The notes under the pieces were generated by a model. The model saw only the letters and a program-made list of their open reading frames with translations, made no database searches and was not told the origin of the DNA. This document shows, piece after piece, positions 9,096-15,251 of a stretch of DNA of 18,732 nucleotides (the first letter of the stretch is position 1; each line of letters starts with the position of its first letter). The stretch covers positions 1-18,732 of the forward strand of contig JBBQYG010000067.1 of NCBI GenBank assembly GCA_038208905.1, written 5' to 3'. The position numbers and the translations under genes are program-made. Source of the DNA: Candidatus Sumerlaeia bacterium. Its GTDB lineage: Bacteria > Sumerlaeota > Sumerlaeia > SLMS01.

Positions 9096-9782
9096 TTACC
9101 TGTATTCAGATTCCGTGCCAAGCGTTCCACCGGGAATCACCTGCGCAGGACCAGCGGGAAGCTGGGGGAGCAACTCCACCTTGGGCATCTCGCCAGCGAT
9201 CTCCGCGGCCACCAGCTTTTGGAACTGGCCTCCATCGATGTAGCGCGCCAAGTCCAGCCCCGGGCACACCGTCTGTCCCTGGGCGCGGTCCTTGTGCCCC
9301 TTAATTGTTGCCGGATCGATTTTATACTTCTCGCAGAGCCAGGCGCTCAGCTTGGCGGCGGAAGCGATCTGCTCGCGGCTGACGCGCTGCACCTCGAAGT
9401 TCCCCCAGAGCATGATGCCCACATGGCCTTTCAGATCGTAGTTGGTGTTTGACTCCGGCTGATACTCGATCGCGCGTCCTTCGAAAACCCTGCCATCGGG
9501 CGCGATCAGGAAATGGTAGGGAAGGTCGGGCCAATTCTTCTGGGTCTGGCCGAACTTCTGGAGGCCAACCAATTTCTTGACGGGATCGTCGCCCTCGTTC
9601 CAGAGTTCCCCCGCGTGGTGAATCGTTAACAGGCTCGGAGTCTGGCGGCTCTCCTCGGGAATCGCTTGGGGTGTTGATCCCCAATCGGCGGCGGCTACGA
9701 TCGTTGGCTTCTCGGCGGCGCTGGACAGCCCGCCCAGCGCAAGAAACGCCAGCCCGGCGATGATACCTGTCGAATTCTTCAT
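9096..9782 (-). CDS. Secreted N-acetylmuramoyl-L-alanine amidase (Amidase_2/PGRP-like)
   Basis: Signal peptide MKNSTGIIAGLAFLALGGLSSA. Motifs LTIHHAG, WPDLPYHFLIAPDGRVFEGR, IKGHKD, TVCPG give the His/His/Cys zinc ligands plus Tyr. Start placed at ATG 9782 rather than 9983. Confidence 0.88.
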   Translation of the reverse strand: MKNSTGIIAGLAFLALGGLSSAAEKPTIVAAADWGSTPQAIPEESRQTPSLLTIHHAGELWNEGDDPVKKLVGLQKFGQTQKNWPDLPYHFLIAPDGRVFEGRAIEYQPESNTNYDLKGHVGIMLWGNFEVQRVSREQIASAAKLSAWLCEKYKIDPATIKGHKDRAQGQTVCPGLDLARYIDGGQFQKLVAAEIAGEMPKVELLPQLPAGPAQVIPGGTLGTESEYR

Positions 9783-9819
9783 TCTTTTGGCCTTTCCCGG
9801 CAAGTGCGCGGCGGACAGA

Positions 9820-9847
9820 AGCATGTCCCCCCGGTGCCCAGGGGCAA
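9820..9847 (-). promoter_or_regulatory. Possible sigma70-type promoter for the amidase-ABC genes (TTGCCC-N16-CATGCT)
   Basis: Minus-strand hexamers at 9847-9842 and 9825-9820, about 38 nt upstream of the amidase ATG. Only a partial match to consensus. Confidence 0.25.
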
Positions 9848-9912
9848 GAGGGGGTTGTGCCAAGCCCGCTCTCCAGGCCTCGACAATGCTGGCTTTCACT
9901 AAAACTTTGCTC

Positions 9913-9963
9913 TTGACGTTCGCCGGATGTTCGCCGTTCAAAGGGAGCGAACGAAAGACGAAG
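9913..9963 (+). promoter_or_regulatory. Putative LexA operator (GTTC-N7-GTTC plus inverted GAAC-N7-GAAG) overlapping a -35-like TTGACG
   Basis: TTGACG 9913-9918; GTTC-gccggat-GTTC 9918-9932; extra GTTC 9936-9939; GAAC-gaaagac-GAAG 9949-9963. The region ends 35 nt before the lexA ATG. No convincing -10 hexamer seen. Confidence 0.7.
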
Positions 9964-9998
9964 CGCGCTTCCCAGCGCCCCACTCAGGAGAGCCACCC

Positions 9999-10631
9999 AT
10001 GTACCTGACCCGTCGGCAACGCGAAGTCTTCGAGTTCATCCGGGCCTTCATCGAGCAGAACAGCTACTCGCCGTCGCTTGAGGAGATCGCCAAGGGGATG
10101 GAGCTTTCCTCCCTCGCCACGGTCCATAAGCACCTGACCAACCTCGCAACCAAGGGCTTGATCAAGCGCCACTGGAACCGCGGCCGCGGCATCGAACTCG
10201 TCAGCGACATGAACCAGCCCAACATGGTGGACATGCAGCTTGGCGCGGCATACCAGCTCCCGCTCAAGGGCACCGTCGCGGCGGGGCTCCCCATCGAGGC
10301 CTACGAGTCGGGCACCGAGACGCTTTCGGTTCCGTCCGAGATGGTTCGCGACGCGGAGAGCACCTTTGTCCTGCGTGTGCGGGGTGACTCGATGGTGGAG
10401 GATGGCATTCTGGAGGGCGACTTGATCATCGTCGAGCGTCGCGCCACCGCGCGCAACGGTCAGGTGGTCGTTGCGCTCGTCAATGGGTCGGAAGCGACCG
10501 TGAAGCGATTCTACCTGGAGGGCGACACCGTGCGCCTCCAGCCCGCCAACAGCCTGATGGCGCCGATCTATACGATGGCCAAGGACGTCGAGGTACAGGG
10601 ACTCGTGATCGGCCTGATGCGTCATTTCTGA
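9999..10631 (+). CDS. lexA: SOS response repressor LexA (210 aa)
   Basis: LTRRQREVFEFI...YSPSLEEIA...SLATVHKHLTNL wHTH; Ala-Gly cleavage site VAAGLP; catalytic Ser in VRGDSM and Lys in ATVKRF. AGGAG RBS before ATG 9999. Confidence 0.97.
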   Translation: MYLTRRQREVFEFIRAFIEQNSYSPSLEEIAKGMELSSLATVHKHLTNLATKGLIKRHWNRGRGIELVSDMNQPNMVDMQLGAAYQLPLKGTVAAGLPIEAYESGTETLSVPSEMVRDAESTFVLRVRGDSMVEDGILEGDLIIVERRATARNGQVVVALVNGSEATVKRFYLEGDTVRLQPANSLMAPIYTMAKDVEVQGLVIGLMRHF

Positions 10632-10719
10632 CCCCTCGGTTTTGGGTTGAGGACGGCGGCACACCTGAAGAACGCTCTTGGCATCTCCGAGGGCGACAAG
10701 CCCGCGATCCGAAATCGAC

Positions 10720-11412
10720 ATGCTTCACGTTATCGCCATCGACGGCCCCGTGGCCGTGGGAAAATCCACGGTGGCGCGTCGCGTCGCCTCCAGCCTCGGA
10801 GTCCGCCACCTCGACACCGGCGCGATGTACCGGGCGCTGGCCTTGCAGGCGATGCGACTGCGCTCTTCGCTGGACTTTAGTCCCGATGAACTGGGAGATC
10901 TCGCCACGGCAATGCAGCTCGATCTGACAACCGACGGGCGTGTCCTTCTGGGTGGGGAGGATGTGAGCCTCGCCGTCCGCGACGAATCCGTCAGCCGCGC
11001 CGTGGCACGCGTGGCCGACTGCCTGCCGGTCCGTCGTGCCCTCGTCGAGCAGCAGCGCCGCCTTGGCTCCGCGGAACCTTCCGTCCTCGAGGGCCGCGAT
11101 ATCGGTACTGTGGTTTTTCCCGACGCGTGCCTGAAGATCTACCTCGATGCCTCGCCCGCGGTGCGTGTCCGCCGCCGTGTGGAGCAGCTTGAGCGGCTGG
11201 GGCTTCCTGTCGATGCCGAGCGCGTTTTCGCCGATCTGGCCGAACGCGACGCCCGCGACCGCGCACGGGAGTGGGGCGCCCTGCGCGTCGCCCCCGACGC
11301 CGTGATTGTCGATACGAGCGATTACGAGGAACGCCGCGTGGTGGAGATGATCTGCGCCCTCGCGCGCAACGAAGCCAGCTTCGCGGCAGTCGGCGCAGCC
11401 TTGTCCCCATGA
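10720..11412 (+). CDS. cmk: Cytidylate kinase
   Basis: IAIDGPVAVGKST, LDTGAMYRA, VLEGRDIGTVVFPDA, KIYLDAS, RDARD. Start set to ATG 10720. Confidence 0.96.
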   Translation: MLHVIAIDGPVAVGKSTVARRVASSLGVRHLDTGAMYRALALQAMRLRSSLDFSPDELGDLATAMQLDLTTDGRVLLGGEDVSLAVRDESVSRAVARVADCLPVRRALVEQQRRLGSAEPSVLEGRDIGTVVFPDACLKIYLDASPAVRVRRRVEQLERLGLPVDAERVFADLAERDARDRAREWGALRVAPDAVIVDTSDYEERRVVEMICALARNEASFAAVGAALSP

Positions 11413-12155
11413 GCGCCCCGCCGCCCGAAGTGATTCCCGCCGAAGCCGCCGCGCCCGTCGCTGCCGCCGATCAGGAAATCTTCAAGAAGCCGAACCTTCT
11501 GGACCACCTGTTCTACAACGCAATCTGGTCCTTCGGCTATGTAGCCTCCTTTTTCTACCTCCACCTTCGGATCCGCAATCGCAGGGTGGTTCCCGGCAAG
11601 GGGCCGGTGCTGCTGGTATCCAATCATTCAAGTCACCTTGATCCGCCCCTCGTGGGCTTCTCGTGCATGAGGCGCGTGCTCTATTTGGCGAAAGCGGAGC
11701 TATTCGAGGTCCCGGTGATCGGGCGTTCGATCCGGTCCCTCGGTGCATTTCCGATCCGCCGCGGCGGGGGAGACCGTGCGGCGCTGCGCGTCTCGATCGA
11801 ATTGTTGCGGGCGGGCAACTGCCTACTGATGTTTCCCGAGGGCTCGCGCTCGCAGGATGGCGCGCTCCGCGAGGCCCAGAACGGCGTCGCGATGCTGCTG
11901 AATCAAGTCCCCGGGGCGTTGGTCGTCCCCCTGCGGATCGACGGCAGCTATGCTTCGTGGCCCCCGGGCAAGAAATTTCCGCGACCCAGCAGGGTGACGA
12001 TCACCTACGGCGTGCCGTTCCGCGTCGCCGATCTTCCGAACCTGCCAACCGAAAAAAAGCGATTGTACCGCGAAATCGGCGAGGAAACAATGCGCCGCAT
12101 TGCCACTGCCGGGAACTCGGCCCCGAAAACGGGCTCCGACGACCGGTCACGTTGA
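11409..12155 (+). CDS. plsC: 1-acyl-sn-glycerol-3-phosphate acyltransferase (lysophospholipid acyltransferase family)
   Basis: NHSSHLDP (HX4D), YLAKAELF, GAFPIRR, FPEGSRS. ATGA overlap with the cmk stop. Confidence 0.92.
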   Translation: MSAPPPEVIPAEAAAPVAAADQEIFKKPNLLDHLFYNAIWSFGYVASFFYLHLRIRNRRVVPGKGPVLLVSNHSSHLDPPLVGFSCMRRVLYLAKAELFEVPVIGRSIRSLGAFPIRRGGGDRAALRVSIELLRAGNCLLMFPEGSRSQDGALREAQNGVAMLLNQVPGALVVPLRIDGSYASWPPGKKFPRPSRVTITYGVPFRVADLPNLPTEKKRLYREIGEETMRRIATAGNSAPKTGSDDRSR

Positions 12156-12202
12156 ACCAAACGAAATCCAAACTGGCAAGCCCCCGAAGGAGCCCTCTGG
12201 CC

Positions 12203-13954
12203 ATGGCGCCCGACACCAACAATCCGAATGACCCCATCGACGAGATGGAGCCGACACCGCAGGACATCGAGGACGCGGAACTTGAGAAGGAGTTTGCGTC
12301 GCTGCTCGATCAGCATCTTCCCGCCCCGGGCGAGTCGAATCGCGGAGAGCTCGTTGACCTGACAGTGGTCGCGATCCGCGAGGAATTCGTCCTCGTCGAT
12401 ATGGGCGGCAAGGCAGAAGCGCGCATTCCCCTGGACGAGTTTCCCCTCGTCGGTGGCGTGCGGCAAGTCAAGGTCGGCCAAGTCATTCCCGTGGTGCAGT
12501 TCGGCCGCAACGACGACGGCTCGCCGCGCCTCAGCCACAAGCAGGCGCGCGCCCGTCAGGCCCGCAATGATGTCAAACAGGCCCAGGAAGCCCACGTCCC
12601 CCTTCGCGGCGTCATCACCCAAGTTGTCCGCGGCGGCGTCATGGTCGATGTCGGCCTCGACGCCTTTATGCCCGCCAGCCAGATCGACCTGTTCAAGGTT
12701 CCCGATCTGAACGCGATGCTTGGCCAGGAGATCGAGGCCTACGTGATCGAGTTCGATCCGCGCCGCAGCCGCGCCGTGCTTTCGCGCCGCGAACTCCTCC
12801 ACAAGCGCCGCGAGCAGACCCGCAACGATTTCCTCGAAAAGCTCAAGCCCGGCGAGAATGTCGTCGGCAAGATCAAGAGCACGCTCGACTTCGGCGTTTT
12901 CGTGGACCTTGGCATGGTCGATGGTTTCATCCCCCGCGAGGAAGTTTCGTGGGATCGCGGCAAGTCGCCCGCCGAGGTCATGAAGCCCGGAGACAGCATC
13001 GAGGTCCGCATTCTGAATGTTTCCGCGCAGACCGGCAAGGTGACCCTTAGCCGCAAGCGCCTGCACCACAACCCGTGGGAGAACATCGACGAGCGTTTCC
13101 CCGTCGGTGGCACCGTCCGCGGAGAAGTCGTTGCAATCCAGCCCTACGGCGCCTTCGTCCATATCGAGGAGGGCATCACCGGAATGATCCACGCCAGCGA
13201 CATGGCATGGGCCACCGGCAACAAGAAGCCAGAGGACTACGTCCGCGTCGGCGATACGGTCACCAGCCAGATTCTCGAGATCGACCGCGAGAAGCGCCGC
13301 CTGTCGCTCGGCCTTAAGCAGCTTGCCCGCGATCCCTGGGCCGATGTCGAGGCTCGGTTTGCGCCCGGAACACGTCACAAGGGCACGGTCACCTCGCTCA
13401 CCAACTATGGCGCCTTCGTCAAGCTGGACGAATCCGTCGAGGGCATGGTTCACGTTAGCGACATTAGCTGGGAAAAGCGCGTCAGCCATCCCAAGGAATT
13501 CCTCAAGCAGGGCGAGGAAGTCGAAGTGGTGGTGCTCAAGCTCGACTCCAAGGAGCGCCGCATTGGCCTCGGCATCAAGCAGCTTGCCGATTCCCCCTAT
13601 GACGCGTTCGTGAAGGCACACAAGAAGGGCGAGGTCGTTACCGGCAAGGTCACGCGCTTCGCGCCCTATGGCGCCTTCGTCGAACTGGCGGAGGGGCTCG
13701 AAGGCCTGATCCACATCAGCCAGATCGACGAGAAGCGAGTCGAGCTTCCCGAGCACGTCCTCAAGGCCGGCGAGGAAATCCTGGTCAAGATCATCGAACT
13801 CGAAAAGAAGACCCAGAAGATCTCCCTCTCCCGCAAGGAAGCTCTCCGCCACGCGGAGAAGGAGAATATCAAGGCCTACATCAAGAAGAAGGACGACGTG
13901 CCCTCGGGCATGACCTTCGGCGAGGCGCTCCGCGAGGCGCGCGGGAAGAAGTAG
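12203..13954 (+). CDS. rpsA: 30S ribosomal protein S1 (six S1 domains, 583 aa)
   Basis: Repeated S1 motifs (AFMPASQID; FGVFVDLG..DGFI; YGAFVHIEEGITGMIH; YGAFVKLDESVEGMVHVSDISW; YGAFVELAEGLEGLIHISQI), LSLGLKQL..DPW, C-terminal TFGEAL. AAGGAG RBS at 12187-12192. Strongly C/G-ending codons. Confidence 0.97.
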   Translation: MAPDTNNPNDPIDEMEPTPQDIEDAELEKEFASLLDQHLPAPGESNRGELVDLTVVAIREEFVLVDMGGKAEARIPLDEFPLVGGVRQVKVGQVIPVVQFGRNDDGSPRLSHKQARARQARNDVKQAQEAHVPLRGVITQVVRGGVMVDVGLDAFMPASQIDLFKVPDLNAMLGQEIEAYVIEFDPRRSRAVLSRRELLHKRREQTRNDFLEKLKPGENVVGKIKSTLDFGVFVDLGMVDGFIPREEVSWDRGKSPAEVMKPGDSIEVRILNVSAQTGKVTLSRKRLHHNPWENIDERFPVGGTVRGEVVAIQPYGAFVHIEEGITGMIHASDMAWATGNKKPEDYVRVGDTVTSQILEIDREKRRLSLGLKQLARDPWADVEARFAPGTRHKGTVTSLTNYGAFVKLDESVEGMVHVSDISWEKRVSHPKEFLKQGEEVEVVVLKLDSKERRIGLGIKQLADSPYDAFVKAHKKGEVVTGKVTRFAPYGAFVELAEGLEGLIHISQIDEKRVELPEHVLKAGEEILVKIIELEKKTQKISLSRKEALRHAEKENIKAYIKKKDDVPSGMTFGEALREARGKK

Positions 13955-13985
13955 CACGGCCGGAGTAGCGAGGACCATTTCCCAA

Positions 13986-14028
13986 GCGCGCCGCCCCATC
14001 GCCGACGGGGCGGCGCGCGTCGTTTCAA
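13986..14028 (+). terminator. GC-rich hairpin after rpsA (weak intrinsic terminator or mRNA-stabilising stem)
   Basis: Perfect 12-bp inverted repeat GCGCGCCGCCCC (13986-13997) / GGGGCGGCGCGC (14007-14018), followed only by GTCGTTTC (poor U-tract). Confidence 0.55.
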
Positions 14029-14054
14029 GCCAAACTGATCGAGAGCCATACCCG

Positions 14055-15245
14055 ATGGAAGCAGCCGCCGAGTCGCACCGATTCCCCCGCCTCGTCGTCA
14101 ACGATAAGGCCGCAGTCCGCATTGCGCGGGGCCACCGGTGGGTATTCTCCAACGACGTGCAGAAGGCACCGGTCGATGCCGTCCCCGGCGGCGAAGTCGC
14201 CGTGTTCGATCCCAAGGAGGAGTTCCTCGGCTCGGCACTCTGTAATCCCCACGCGCTCCTCATGGCGCGTCTCTACTCCCGCAGGTCGGAAGCCTTCGAC
14301 GAAATTCTGATCCGCGCCCGCATCGCGGAGAGCCTTGCGCGGCGAGAGCGTTCCCAACCGGGCCGCGAGGCTTTTCGCGCCGTCTTTAGCGAGTCCGATG
14401 GGCTCCCCGGCCTCGTCGTCGATCGATATGGCCCCGTCGTTGTCTTTCAGTTGCTCACGCTCTCGATGGAGCAGCGCCGCGATGTGATCGTCGCGGCCCT
14501 CAAGGACTTGATGACGCCCGAGTGCATCGTCGAGCGCTCCGACGTTCCCGCGCGCCAGCACGAGAGCCTGCCCGAGCGCAGCGAAGTCGTCTTCGGCGCG
14601 CTTCCTGAAAGCCTCTTCGTTCTAATCAACGGCATCTCGTTTTCCGTCGATCCGCTCCGCGGACAGAAGACGGGCCTGTTCCTCGATCAGGCAGCAAACT
14701 GGGCACTGGTGGAGGGACTCGCCAAGGGTCGAAAAGTGCTCGATCTCTTCTCCCACGCGGGCGGCTTTTCAATGCACGCCGCGCGCGGCGGGGCCGAGTG
14801 GGTGAAGGCCGTCGATCAGTCCGACGACGCGCTGTCCTCGCTGATGCTCAATGCCGAGCGCAACGGCCTCCAGCGCATCCGCGCGCGAAACTCCGATGCG
14901 TTCCTGTATGTTCGCTCGCGACCCGATGTCTTCGATCTGGTGATCTGCGACCCACCGCCCTTCGCGCGGTCGCGCAAGCAGCTCGAGGGAGCCCTGCGCG
15001 GCTATCGAGAGCTAAATCGCCATTGCATGAAGCTGCTGGAACCGGGCGGCATCCTCTTCACCGCGTCGTGCAGCGCTGCGGTTTCGGGCGAGGATTTCGA
15101 CAAGATGCTGGCAATCTCCGCGCGCGACGCGGGCCGATCTTTCCGCGTTCTGCCGGGCGGTGGCCAGCCCGCCGACCACGCTCCGCTTTTGGCGATGCCA
15201 GAGACGAACTACCTGAAGGCACGGATCCTCGAAGCGGTGGACTGA
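14055..15245 (+). CDS. rlmI: Class I SAM-dependent rRNA methyltransferase, RlmI (23S m5C1962)-like
   Basis: PUA-like GHRWVFSN; SESDGLPGLVVDRY; GQKTGLFLDQ; VLDLFSHAGGF; DLVICDPPPFA; catalytic TASCS; DHAP...PETNYLK. Confidence 0.88.
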   Translation: MEAAAESHRFPRLVVNDKAAVRIARGHRWVFSNDVQKAPVDAVPGGEVAVFDPKEEFLGSALCNPHALLMARLYSRRSEAFDEILIRARIAESLARRERSQPGREAFRAVFSESDGLPGLVVDRYGPVVVFQLLTLSMEQRRDVIVAALKDLMTPECIVERSDVPARQHESLPERSEVVFGALPESLFVLINGISFSVDPLRGQKTGLFLDQAANWALVEGLAKGRKVLDLFSHAGGFSMHAARGGAEWVKAVDQSDDALSSLMLNAERNGLQRIRARNSDAFLYVRSRPDVFDLVICDPPPFARSRKQLEGALRGYRELNRHCMKLLEPGGILFTASCSAAVSGEDFDKMLAISARDAGRSFRVLPGGGQPADHAPLLAMPETNYLKARILEAVD

Positions 15246-15251
15246 CGACCT

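Noticed and set aside
9844..9862. Sigma54-like TGGCAC...TTGC on the minus strand upstream of the amidase
   Set aside because: The spacer is 9 nt rather than the required 5 nt, so the -24/-12 geometry fails.
11663..12202. 180-aa N-terminal extension of RpsA in the ORF track
   Set aside because: It overlaps plsC in another frame and does not resemble IspH. An AAGGAG RBS supports ATG 12203.
12005..14263. 752-aa antisense ORF over rpsA (likewise 5938..7413, 8430..9452, 9984..10721, 17484..18572)
   Set aside because: Shadow ORFs opposite well-supported genes with strong codon bias; no recognisable motifs.
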